Shown here piece after piece: positions 6,690 through 15,773 of a stretch of DNA of 64,000 nucleotides (within the stretch, counting starts at the first letter, position 1; the number at the start of each line of letters is the position of its first letter). Position numbers and translations under genes: made by a program. The stretch spans positions 1,088 to 65,087 of the forward strand of contig CAMWVR010000003.1 of the NCBI GenBank assembly GCA_947177795.1. The letters are read 5' to 3'. This DNA is from an uncultured Clostridia bacterium. Lineage in GTDB: Bacteria; Bacillota; Clostridia; Christensenellales; UBA3700. Under the pieces are notes generated by a model. That model had not been told where the DNA came from. It did no database searches and saw only the letters and a list, made by a program, of their open reading frames with translations.

Positions 6690-9600
6690 ATGAGGAAATG
6701 GTGTAAGTGGATATTGGCGATTATGCTTGTCGCAATGGCGTTGAGCATATTTGTTGCCTGTAGCGTAAAAGAAAAGGAGTTGGCGTTGACTTTCGTAAGC
6801 GACGAAGAGCAGTACGCCACGACGATAGGTATCGAGCAGGCAAAAGAGATTTTGGCAAGTCAGCCTACGAGAGATGGATACGTATTCAAAGGCTGGTATC
6901 TTGACAAAGGCACTTGGACGCAAGAAGTAGCGAGCGCCAACGTTGAGGAGATTGCCAAAGATAATAAGACTATCAGCGTATACGCCTATTGGGTAGAGAT
7001 AGTCAATAAAATTACCGTATCATTTCGCGATTACAACGGCGGTATTTTGCTTGAAAAAGATTACGAGCGCACTGACGATCAACTTGCAAAGGATGTCGCA
7101 AGTTTGTGTCCTTCAAAGCGTCCCGACGACGAAAAATATACGTATACTTTTGACAAATGGGATTGCAATACCGACGATTTGACTCAAGGTTATTTTCTTG
7201 CAACGCCAATTTATACGAGCGAATTGAGATATTTTGAGTTTAATTATTACGTTGACGGCGAGTTGATTTACACCGATCACGTCAGGTATGGCGAAAACGC
7301 CGACGAGGATTTGCTTGCGAAACCTCAAAAGCCGTCTACCGAAAAGTACGATTACGCATTCACCGGTTGGGAAGGAAATTTCAATAATATTACTCAAGAT
7401 ACAGACGTTCACGCCAAATTCCAAGAAAATATTAAGAAGTTTGACGTAACGTTTAATTTCGGCAACAACAAAAGCGTGACTCGCAAAGTGGAATACGGCG
7501 CCGACGCAATTGCTCCAAGCGCGTCGGAAGTTGTCAAGCCAAGCACTGCGCAATATACTTATACTTTTATCTCTTGGGACAATTCTTTTAAAAATATAAA
7601 ACAAAATACCCTTGTCAATGCAAATTACATTGAGCAAATCAGAATGTATGACGTCAGATTTTGGGTGGACGGCGAATGTATTAAATATGTCAGCGCGGCT
7701 TACGGCTCAAGCGTCGAGCCGCCGACTCAGCCTATCAAGAACTTGAACGACGGTTTTACATATGAGTTTGACGGGTGGGATAAGTCGTCCAATAACGTCG
7801 TATCTAATCTTGACGTGCACGCAAATTTTAAAAAGGTGTCGCATACCTATACCGTAGATTACGTAAATTGGGACGGAAGTTTGCTCTTTAGTGAAAAAGT
7901 GGAAAGCGGAGAGCCGTCGATTTATTGCGGTGATACGCCTAGCCGCCAATCCAACGATAAGTATGATTATATATTTGACGGATGGACGGACGAAGATAAA
8001 TTAAGCGCGATTACTCGTAATATGACGGCGCAGGCAAAATTCAAACAGCAAATCAAGACTTTTACCGTTACGTTTATTTACGGTGATGGCAAAAAGTCTG
8101 TTTTCCCAGATATAGAGTACGGTTCGAATTTGACCAATTCCAATCTTGTGCCTACTGACGTTGCTAAGGCTTCGACGGCTCAATATGAATATGAATTCAT
8201 AAGTTGGGACGGTACTTTTAACAATATCACATCAAATACTGTGATAAGCGCCGAATATAAGCAAATCGTGAGAAGTTATACAGTCAAGTTCTTTGTCGAC
8301 GATACCTGTATAAAGTCGGTAAGCGCGCTCTACGGCTCAAGCGTAGAGGCTCCGTCGCAGCCTGTCAAGGTCTTGAACGACGGCTATACTTACGAATTCG
8401 TGCGTTGGGATAAAGACTTTGACAATATCGTAGAAAGCATTGAAGTAAACGCTATATTCGATAAAATCGCAAATACTTTTACCGTGAAGTACGTCAATTG
8501 GGACGGAACGTTGCTCTATACGGACAGCGTAGAGAGCGGAGGCAAGTCGACTTACGTTGGAGATACGCCTACCCGTGAACCTAACGACAAATATACTTAT
8601 CAATTCGTAGGTTGGACGAATACCGATATGCTCGATAGCGTTACGCAAAGTTTTGCTGCGCAAGCAGAATTTGACGAAGTCGTGAGAACTTATACGGTTA
8701 CGTTCAATTACGGTCACGGTTTGCAAAAGGTGCTTGAGGGTATTCCATACGGTACTAACTTGACAGACTCAACGGAAATTCCGACGGATACCGATAAAGA
8801 ATCGACGGATGAATTTGATTTCACTTTTATAGATTGGGATAAATTCTTCGGTTACGTATCAAGAGATCTAGAGGTCAACGCTATCTATAAAGAGACTATA
8901 AGAAAGTATATCGTTACTTTCATCAACAACGGCGTGGCTATTCTGACGCAAGAAGTAGAGTACGGCAAATATCCTACTTTGCCGACGAGTAATATATTCA
9001 AAAATCACACGATCAAGTGGGCGTTTGACTTCCTCGGCTGGCAAGTACTCGACGTAGATACGACTCTTCCGGGCGCAGTAGGCGATATTGACGCCGACGA
9101 CGGCACGGACTATAGAGATACCGTGCTTGACACCGACGGCTTTGAGGCAACGGATCCTAAGTCCAATATAGTGAAAGGCAAAATCACTTATACGGCGATC
9201 TATTCGAGAACAATTCAACAATATACCGTCAAATTCTACAATCAAGAGAACGACACCGAAGTTTTGAAAGAGATAACGGTGCCTTGGGGTACCAATGCTA
9301 TAGAGCAAGCTCCTACGCCGTATAAAGAATCTGTTCCTAAGTGGGAATACGAATTTACTAATTGGAGCAATGAGCAAGCGTTGACAAAGGTTGAATCCAA
9401 CCTCAGCGTATATGCAGATTACTTTGCGCATATTAGATCGTATTGGGTCACGTATATGAACGGCGACGTCGAAGTCGACAAGTTCTACGTCGAGTACGAT
9501 GCGGTATCTCCGAGACCTGACGTCATACCGACAAAAGCGTCTACGCTTGAATATGATTTTGAGTTTGACGATTGGGATAGAGCGGCAGACCGTCGAGTAG

Positions 9601-11603
9601 AAGGTCCTCTTACGATCAACGCAGTCTATAAAAATCATATCAGATCGTACGTCGTGACTTTGTTCAACTTGGCGACGCGCGAGCTTATTTCGACGGGAGA
9701 ATTTGCTTACGGTACTAAAATTACCACTAAGATTGAAGTCAACGGCTACGACTTTGACTCTTGGTATAGAGATCCCGATTGCAAAACGGTGTTTAATCAA
9801 GAAGAAGAGCGTGTAGACGGAACGATGATGCTTTTCGGTAATATCGTAATGAAAGGCATTATATTCAACGGTAACAATGAGATAGTAGGATACGAAGGTA
9901 CTCAACCTAATCTTGTAATTCCTATCGCGGCAAACGGCAGGAAAGTCACTACTATTAAAGAAGCGGCATTTAAGGGAAATACCGTAATAGGTAGCGTATA
10001 TATTCCAAATACGATCACTTCTGTAGAAGCATATGTATTCTCAGGATTAAATCTTACCGAAAGCGGCGGCATTTATATTCAATCTGAAAAGAAATGGTAC
10101 GGCACGCCTAACGGTTGGAATCAATATTGGAACAGAAATTCGCTTACGTCGTTCCATGAAAGCGACAGACCAGTTACCTACGGCGTAGACGGTATCTATA
10201 CGGTCGGAGACTTCCAATATATTCTTATTGCAGACGGCGGTACGGCTGTAGTAGATAAGTTTATCAATAATAATACGGCAAAAGCTTATATTACCGACCA
10301 ACTTGACCACCAAAAGGCATTCTTTACAAAAGACGTGGAAGTTGACAAGACGGGCGTAACGTTTGATATCTACGACGTTGCGTACGAGACGAACGTTTAC
10401 AGCATTAAGCAAATTGCAGTATCGGCATTTGAGGGTTGCTCCAACGTTGCAACGATATTTATCCCCGATACCATATCCAAAGTCGGCAACTATGCGTTCA
10501 GCGGAGTGACTGCAAATATCTATATTCAAAGAAGCAAACCTGCGGTCGGCGAAGTGCCGAGCGGTTGGGGATTGTATTGGAACTCTAACCGCAGCGGACA
10601 GGAAGGCACCAGATCTCTTTATTGGGGCGTAATAGATATGGACAGAGTGGGAGTATTCAGTTATATCTTTATGGCTGACGGCACTGCAATCGCAGTAGAG
10701 TACAACGGTAGTACTTCCGTGACGAGCGTAGACGTACCGGGCAGTGTGGTATTCAAAGACGTCACTTACACCGTGACGGAACTCGGCGACGAATTGCTCG
10801 CAAATATGACTTTGCTCAATACCGTGACGCTCAACGAAGGACTCAAAAAGATCAAGAGCAAAGTATTCTATATGGATCCGATGCTTTCATCCGTGACGTT
10901 GCCTTCGACGCTTGAAGAGATAGGCGACTATGCGTTCCTCGGAGCGTTGGCGCTCAAAGAGATATATATACCTGCGTCAGTTAAGACTATCGGTATGCTT
11001 GTATTTGTCGGAATGGATAATTTGACGATATACTGCGGAGTTGCAAAAGAGCCTACCTACTTGCCGGGTATCAGCGGATATAATCCGCTTTGGGACGTCA
11101 AACTCGGACTAAGCGATATAGGCGATTTGACAAATCTCAAAGGTATAGCAGGCACGATTGTCAATCCCAATAAGCACACAGTTATCTACAACGTAGCGGC
11201 AATATATATCGATACTGCAAAAGAGACGGGCAGAGAAACCAAATTTAAGTACGTATTGTTCAACAATAATACGGCAAAGGTGATTTCGGCAAGCAACACT
11301 ATACTCAACGTTGAGAATTACGAGATGCCAAGCGTCATTACTTATAATGACAATACGTATACCGTTACGGCTATCGGAGCAGGCGCTTTTGCAGGCAATA
11401 CGGCTATCAAGACGCTTATCATTCCTTCGACAGTGACGAGCATAGAAGAAAACGCTTTCCTAGGTTGCTCTAAGTTGACGATAAAGACTTCGCACACATC
11501 TAAGCCGAGCGGTTGGAACAACAACTTCAATCCCGACGGCAGACCCGTAGAATACGGCTACGGAGTGACCGTCGAAACAGAGACGATAGAAGAAGTCGCA
11601 TAG
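6690..11603 (+). CDS. Giant surface lipoprotein (1637 aa): about 13 Listeria-Bacteroides-type (Flg_new-like) repeats followed by BspA-type leucine-rich repeats
   Basis: The lipobox is FVAC-S. A recurring Y/F-x-Y/F-x-F-x-G/x-W-D/T motif (YTYTFDKWD, YDYAFTGWE, FTYEFDGWD, YDYIFDGWT ...) occurs every ~70 aa. The C-terminal half has IPxxVTxIxxxAFxGC-type LRRs. The start is assigned to ATG 6690 (SD-like ggaaggaag) rather than GTG 6681. Confidence 0.75.
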   Translation: MRKWCKWILAIMLVAMALSIFVACSVKEKELALTFVSDEEQYATTIGIEQAKEILASQPTRDGYVFKGWYLDKGTWTQEVASANVEEIAKDNKTISVYAYWVEIVNKITVSFRDYNGGILLEKDYERTDDQLAKDVASLCPSKRPDDEKYTYTFDKWDCNTDDLTQGYFLATPIYTSELRYFEFNYYVDGELIYTDHVRYGENADEDLLAKPQKPSTEKYDYAFTGWEGNFNNITQDTDVHAKFQENIKKFDVTFNFGNNKSVTRKVEYGADAIAPSASEVVKPSTAQYTYTFISWDNSFKNIKQNTLVNANYIEQIRMYDVRFWVDGECIKYVSAAYGSSVEPPTQPIKNLNDGFTYEFDGWDKSSNNVVSNLDVHANFKKVSHTYTVDYVNWDGSLLFSEKVESGEPSIYCGDTPSRQSNDKYDYIFDGWTDEDKLSAITRNMTAQAKFKQQIKTFTVTFIYGDGKKSVFPDIEYGSNLTNSNLVPTDVAKASTAQYEYEFISWDGTFNNITSNTVISAEYKQIVRSYTVKFFVDDTCIKSVSALYGSSVEAPSQPVKVLNDGYTYEFVRWDKDFDNIVESIEVNAIFDKIANTFTVKYVNWDGTLLYTDSVESGGKSTYVGDTPTREPNDKYTYQFVGWTNTDMLDSVTQSFAAQAEFDEVVRTYTVTFNYGHGLQKVLEGIPYGTNLTDSTEIPTDTDKESTDEFDFTFIDWDKFFGYVSRDLEVNAIYKETIRKYIVTFINNGVAILTQEVEYGKYPTLPTSNIFKNHTIKWAFDFLGWQVLDVDTTLPGAVGDIDADDGTDYRDTVLDTDGFEATDPKSNIVKGKITYTAIYSRTIQQYTVKFYNQENDTEVLKEITVPWGTNAIEQAPTPYKESVPKWEYEFTNWSNEQALTKVESNLSVYADYFAHIRSYWVTYMNGDVEVDKFYVEYDAVSPRPDVIPTKASTLEYDFEFDDWDRAADRRVEGPLTINAVYKNHIRSYVVTLFNLATRELISTGEFAYGTKITTKIEVNGYDFDSWYRDPDCKTVFNQEEERVDGTMMLFGNIVMKGIIFNGNNEIVGYEGTQPNLVIPIAANGRKVTTIKEAAFKGNTVIGSVYIPNTITSVEAYVFSGLNLTESGGIYIQSEKKWYGTPNGWNQYWNRNSLTSFHESDRPVTYGVDGIYTVGDFQYILIADGGTAVVDKFINNNTAKAYITDQLDHQKAFFTKDVEVDKTGVTFDIYDVAYETNVYSIKQIAVSAFEGCSNVATIFIPDTISKVGNYAFSGVTANIYIQRSKPAVGEVPSGWGLYWNSNRSGQEGTRSLYWGVIDMDRVGVFSYIFMADGTAIAVEYNGSTSVTSVDVPGSVVFKDVTYTVTELGDELLANMTLLNTVTLNEGLKKIKSKVFYMDPMLSSVTLPSTLEEIGDYAFLGALALKEIYIPASVKTIGMLVFVGMDNLTIYCGVAKEPTYLPGISGYNPLWDVKLGLSDIGDLTNLKGIAGTIVNPNKHTVIYNVAAIYIDTAKETGRETKFKYVLFNNNTAKVISASNTILNVENYEMPSVITYNDNTYTVTAIGAGAFAGNTAIKTLIIPSTVTSIEENAFLGCSKLTIKTSHTSKPSGWNNNFNPDGRPVEYGYGVTVETETIEEVA
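7440..8690 (+). repeat. Intragenic tandem super-repeat (2 copies of ~621-630 bp, each of 3 domains; a partial third copy follows)
   Basis: Copy 1 runs from FDVTFNFG... at 7440, copy 2 from FTVTFIYG... at 8061, and copy 3 starts YTVTFNYG... at 8691. The proteins are collinear, and a conserved nt patch reads tacggctcaagcgt.gag.c.ccg.c.cagcct. Confidence 0.7.
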
Positions 11604-11628
11604 CCTATTGATCTTGGGCAATAGTATT

Positions 11629-11655
11629 AAAGGAGCATAAAAATGCTCCTTTTTG
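11629..11655. terminator. Bidirectional rho-independent terminator between convergent genes
   Basis: AAAGGAGCA-TAAAAA-TGCTCCTTTTT, with an A-run before and a T-run after. Confidence 0.75.
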
Positions 11656-11674
11656 CTGTCTTGCGTTGGCGATA

Positions 11675-12244
11675 TCAGTTTTTGTGAAAAATTTTAGAAA
11701 AGTCTGTCGCTTGCAATGACATATTGAATGCGAATTTTGCAAGTTCTGCGCTTGATATAGGAAAGTCGTCTTTTATCCATTCGCGAAGTAATCCAACTAC
11801 GCCGTTGATGCAATACATATATCCGTATTTTGATAAAAGCGAGTCGTCGGATATAGTCAAGGCTTTGTATTTATCAAGGATCGTCGATATCAATCTCTTT
11901 TTAAAATCGTTGCTGTCGAGTTGAGAAAGAAGTAATATAAATTGGTTTTTATTCACTTTGATATATTCAAAGGTGTCTTTGAGCAAATCAAGATATTGCT
12001 CTTTTTGGGTGAGAGTGCCTTCGGACAATGCGGGATAGGGAATTTGATCCAAGATCTCGTCTTCTATCTCCTTTACGAGTTGATTGACGTCTTCATAGTG
12101 CATATAGAAAGTCGAGCGGTTGATATCGGCTCTTTGGCATATTTCCGTGATAGAAAGCCTCTTGTCGGGATTGCTCTCCAACAATTCAATATAAGCGTCC
12201 TTTATCATTTTTTTGGTCATTCTGACTCTTCTCGTCTCTTGCAT
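11675..12244 (-). CDS. TetR/AcrR-family transcriptional regulator
   Basis: The N-terminal HTH is ITEICQRADINRSTFYMHYEDV. The start is set to ATG 12244 (SD gaggt 5 nt upstream) rather than the track's TTG at 12265. Confidence 0.8.
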   Translation of the reverse strand: MQETRRVRMTKKMIKDAYIELLESNPDKRLSITEICQRADINRSTFYMHYEDVNQLVKEIEDEILDQIPYPALSEGTLTQKEQYLDLLKDTFEYIKVNKNQFILLLSQLDSNDFKKRLISTILDKYKALTISDDSLLSKYGYMYCINGVVGLLREWIKDDFPISSAELAKFAFNMSLQATDFSKIFHKN

Positions 12245-12292
12245 TTTTACCTCGCTCTTGCACAAATTTTACACGACAATTTTTTATATTTT

Positions 12293-12369
12293 GTCGGATT
12301 GACAACAAAATATAATTTTGCTATTTCCAACAATACATTTATAAAAATACTGTTTGTTGATTTTCCGAC
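12293..12369. promoter_or_regulatory. Candidate TetR operators: inverted pair GTCGGA-ttga-CAACA (12293-12307) and TGTTG-attt-TCCGAC (12355-12369)
   Basis: The two 15-nt sites are reverse complements of each other except for the 4-nt core. The second overlaps the -35 of the acyl-CoA ligase promoter. Confidence 0.4.
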
Positions 12370-12385
12370 AGTATGTCTATATAAT
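12357..12385 (+). promoter_or_regulatory. Sigma-70 promoter TTGATT-17-TATAAT for the acyl-CoA ligase gene
   Basis: TTGATT is at 12357-12362 and TATAAT at 12380-12385. Confidence 0.55.
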
Positions 12386-12457
12386 AATATCAAACATATT
12401 GGCAAAAGTCAATATAGAGCGTATATTTCAACGTACTCTCGCATATAGGTAATGTAA

Positions 12458-14116
12458 ATGAAGAAGATGTATAACGTGAATAGTCTTGATAATTTCAGAC
12501 AGCTTATAAATATTTCGGCAAAAAAGTATCATTCCAAGACTGCATTTTTGCTTAGAGAGAAAGACGGCAAATACAGAAAGATAAAATATGGCGAATTGAG
12601 ACAAAGATATTATAATCTTTGTTCATATTTTATTTCTCAAGGATTGAAAGGTAAGTATATTGCCGTCGTGGGCAACAACTGCTACGAGTGGACTTTGGCT
12701 TATCTTGCCGCAGCAAGCGTGGGTATCGTCGTGCCGCTCGATAAAGAGCTGAGCGTCGAGGATATTGACAACTTTTTGAATCACGCTCAAGCGGATGCGG
12801 TGTGCGGAGATGAAAAGATCCTTTCCAAGATTGCATTTGAGTTGCATACTCCTCGCAAGTTTTTCTCTTTTGACGCAATTGATTGCGAATATTCGCTCAT
12901 ACCTTGTCAAGACGAAAGCGAGATCGACAGCATTACGATATCCAAAGACGATATGAACGTGTTGATATTCACGTCGGGTACGACGGGAAGTGCCAAAGGA
13001 GTATGCCTATCCCAACACAACGTGCTTTCAGACATACGCTCGACTTTGAGCGTCGTCAATATTAAGTCAAGCGACAGAACTTTGTCGATCTTGCCGTTGC
13101 ATCACACTTACGAGTGTACGCTCAACTGTATTTTAATGCTTTCGAGAGGCGCCTGCATTACTTATTGCGATTCTCTTCTCAAGGTGGCAAAAAATATCGT
13201 AGAATACTCTCCGTCGATTTTGGTCGTCGTGCCTGCATTGCTTAAGATGTTGGACAAGAAGATACGTCAGTCTGTATCGGAGAAGTGTCCCGATAAATAC
13301 AGGCGGTATTTTGACGAATATCCTTTTGCCGATGCAATGAAAAAGTTGCCTCGGCTTGTGGGCAAAGTGATATCTTCCAAGGTCGCTAAGTCTCTCGGTG
13401 GCAACGTAAGGCTTTTTATCGTTGGCGCAGCCGATCTCGACAGCGCGATAGTAGAAGATTTCGAAGCTTTGGGCATGAGAGTCTTGCAAGGATACGGATT
13501 GACGGAATGCGCTCCGCTTTTGGCAGGCAACAGCGATTTTTATTTCAATCCAAGGTCTACGGGCGTGGCTATCCCCGGTGTACAGCTTAAGATAGACGCC
13601 CCCAACGACGAGGGAATAGGCGAGATATTGGCAAAGGGCGAAAATATTATGCTCGGATATTTCAAAGACGAAGAAGCGACCGACGCGGCGTTTAAGGACG
13701 GATGGTTCCGCACGGGCGATCTGGGCAGAATGGACGCGGACGGAGCGCTGTATATCGCAGGAAGGATCAAAAACGTCATCGTCACCGAAAACGGTAAAAA
13801 TATTTATCCCGAAGAGCTTGAGGCAAGGCTGTCGGACTTTCCTGAAGTGGGCGACGTACTCGTGGTCGCGTCGCAAGAGAGAGGTAAGACCGAAGTCAAA
13901 GCGAGAATATTCCCCAATATAGACGTGATAAAGAAGAAGTTGGGTCATATGCCAAGCCTTGGCGATATCAAGCATGCGCTCGGCAGAATAATCAGCGACA
14001 TCAACGCCAAGATGCCCGGATATAAGCATATAAGTAATTACGAAGTACTTGATTGCGCTTTGGAGAAGACTACGACTTGTAAGATAAAGCGGTTTGGCAA
14101 AAACGTCAATAAATAA
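12458..14116 (+). CDS. AMP-dependent synthetase/ligase (long-chain fatty acid-CoA ligase-like)
   Basis: It has the AMP-binding P-loop IFTSGTTGSAKGV, the GYGLTE motif, and a TGD..DGxxxIxGR C-terminal region. It is divergent from the TetR gene. Confidence 0.8.
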   Translation: MKKMYNVNSLDNFRQLINISAKKYHSKTAFLLREKDGKYRKIKYGELRQRYYNLCSYFISQGLKGKYIAVVGNNCYEWTLAYLAAASVGIVVPLDKELSVEDIDNFLNHAQADAVCGDEKILSKIAFELHTPRKFFSFDAIDCEYSLIPCQDESEIDSITISKDDMNVLIFTSGTTGSAKGVCLSQHNVLSDIRSTLSVVNIKSSDRTLSILPLHHTYECTLNCILMLSRGACITYCDSLLKVAKNIVEYSPSILVVVPALLKMLDKKIRQSVSEKCPDKYRRYFDEYPFADAMKKLPRLVGKVISSKVAKSLGGNVRLFIVGAADLDSAIVEDFEALGMRVLQGYGLTECAPLLAGNSDFYFNPRSTGVAIPGVQLKIDAPNDEGIGEILAKGENIMLGYFKDEEATDAAFKDGWFRTGDLGRMDADGALYIAGRIKNVIVTENGKNIYPEELEARLSDFPEVGDVLVVASQERGKTEVKARIFPNIDVIKKKLGHMPSLGDIKHALGRIISDINAKMPGYKHISNYEVLDCALEKTTTCKIKRFGKNVNK

Positions 14117-14153
14117 TCTCCTAAAGGTTGCTAGCAACCTATATAATTTCACT

Positions 14154-14179
14154 AAGACAAGGTCAAGGCCTTGTCTTTT
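14154..14179 (+). terminator. Rho-independent terminator
   Basis: AAGACAAGG-TCAAGG-CCTTGTCTTTT. It is preceded by the perfect 16-nt palindrome AGGTTGCTAGCAACCT at 14125-14140. Confidence 0.65.
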
Positions 14180-14188
14180 AATTTAAGT

Positions 14189-14992
14189 TCAAAGTTTTAC
14201 TGCGATAGGTCTGTGAGATAAATATTTAAAAAGGTATTTAAAGCCGTTGGCTTTCAGCCAATCTGCGACGAGAGAGTATTTCTCTCCTATCCGTCCGCAA
14301 AAGTGAGCATCCGAGCCGAACGTCAGCAATTCGCCGCCAAGGTCTTTATATCTTAACAATATTTCTGCCGTCGGCAAAAAGTCAAGTCCTGTGCCTTTAC
14401 TTTGGGAGTTGATTTCCAATGCCTTTCCTTTGGCGATAATAGTCTTCAATATATCGTTGATGATATCTGCAAAATCGCCGTATTTCAGCGCTTTGTCGTC
14501 ATAAGTGCTTTTGCGTACGACGTAGCCGATATGACCCACGCTGTCAAAATGGTATGGGCAGTCGAGACTTTCTCTCACGGCTTTGAGATATGCGCCGTAT
14601 GCTTGCGCTTTTGTACGCTTTGCAAAGTAAGAGGGCATATAGCAGTCTTCGTATTCGATTGTGTGAATAGAATTGATTATTATATCCGTGTCAAACTTGT
14701 TGAGTTTTGACAGATACAATTCGTTTGCTTCTTTCATATAACCGCATTCTAAGCCTACGCCGATTTCTATTTTGCCTTTATATTGCTCTTTGAGCAAAGT
14801 GATCTCTTTAAAGTGTTTTTGCAGATCTATCTGCGGTACGTAGTCAAATGCGGGAAGAAAAGTAAGCTCGCCGTCAAAATGGTCTGTGAAAGCTATATAA
14901 TCCATACCCAAAGATATGGCTTGTTCAATCATTAGTATTGGCTCTTCTTTGCTGTCGTGAGAGTGCTTGCAGTGTGTGTGAGTGTCAAACAT
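14189..14992 (-). CDS. HisJ-family PHP-domain histidinol-phosphatase-like hydrolase
   Basis: It has the N-terminal MFDTHTHCKHSHD metal-binding motif, later H/D ligands (FTDH, HIGY, GSDAH), and is 267 aa long. Confidence 0.7.
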   Translation of the reverse strand: MFDTHTHCKHSHDSKEEPILMIEQAISLGMDYIAFTDHFDGELTFLPAFDYVPQIDLQKHFKEITLLKEQYKGKIEIGVGLECGYMKEANELYLSKLNKFDTDIIINSIHTIEYEDCYMPSYFAKRTKAQAYGAYLKAVRESLDCPYHFDSVGHIGYVVRKSTYDDKALKYGDFADIINDILKTIIAKGKALEINSQSKGTGLDFLPTAEILLRYKDLGGELLTFGSDAHFCGRIGEKYSLVADWLKANGFKYLFKYLSHRPIAVKL

Positions 14993-15094
14993 AACAAATA
15001 TATTTTATACCTTTTATTTTTGTCTGTCAAATAGGATATATTGACAAATTTCGACAAATCATGCTAAAATTATAAAAAAGTTCAGGGGGCTATT

Positions 15095-15772
15095 ATGTCG
15101 TCGCATTTAGGTAACAGTTGGGATGAAAAATTAGAGTGTGAGTTTTCGCAAGATTATTTCAAAGATATTCGCAAGTTTTTGGCGCAGGAATACAGCAATT
15201 TCAGAGTTTACCCGCCAATGAAAGAGATACTCTCCGCATTCGAGCATACGCCGTACGAAAACGTCAAAGTCGTCATTTTGGGACAAGACCCTTATCATGG
15301 CTACGGACAGGCTCACGGCATGAGTTTTTCAGTACGCAAGGGCGTGAAGTGTCCGCCGTCGCTCGTCAATATCTATAAGGCGCTCGAATACGATCTCGGC
15401 ATACCTCAAAGCAATTGCGGAGACCTGACGGGTTGGGCAGACGAGGGCGTGTTGCTTCTCAACACAGTGCTCACAGTGCGAGAAGGCAAGCCGCAAAGCC
15501 ACGCCAATATAGGTTGGGAGCGTTTTACAGACAGCGTTATCAAAATGATCAACGACTCCCCATATCCCACCGTATTTATGCTTTGGGGCAATCCAGCCAA
15601 AGCAAAGGCAAAATTTATCGACGAGAGTAAGCACCTCGTGCTCAAGTGCGTACACCCAAGCCCGCTTTCTTTTTACAATGGCTTTTTAGAGTGCAAGCAC
15701 TTCTCAAAAGCCAACGACTTCTTGACAAAGCACGGAAGAATGCCAGTTGATTGGAGCAGAAGAGGAGAATAA
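15095..15772 (+). CDS. ung: Uracil-DNA glycosylase, family 1
   Basis: It has the GQDPYH water-activating loop and the HPSPLS leucine-loop motif. Confidence 0.92.
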   Translation: MSSHLGNSWDEKLECEFSQDYFKDIRKFLAQEYSNFRVYPPMKEILSAFEHTPYENVKVVILGQDPYHGYGQAHGMSFSVRKGVKCPPSLVNIYKALEYDLGIPQSNCGDLTGWADEGVLLLNTVLTVREGKPQSHANIGWERFTDSVIKMINDSPYPTVFMLWGNPAKAKAKFIDESKHLVLKCVHPSPLSFYNGFLECKHFSKANDFLTKHGRMPVDWSRRGE

Positions 15773-15773
15773 A

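Noticed and set aside
8868-9905. 345-aa antisense ORF inside the giant surface-protein gene
   Set aside because: It lies wholly within and opposite a gene with strong domain periodicity. Its translation is low-complexity and Arg/Ile/Phe-rich, with no start context or motifs. This is a typical shadow ORF.
6690-11603. Diversity-generating retroelement or phase-variable target in the giant repeat protein
   Set aside because: The window has no reverse transcriptase, no template-repeat/variable-repeat pair with adenine-specific differences, no invertase or inverted-repeat switch, and no homopolymer tract in the 5' region.
13133-14152. 339-aa antisense ORF opposite the acyl-CoA ligase gene
   Set aside because: It is a shadow ORF of a well-supported AMP-binding enzyme. 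It has no SD or promoter and no recognisable motifs.
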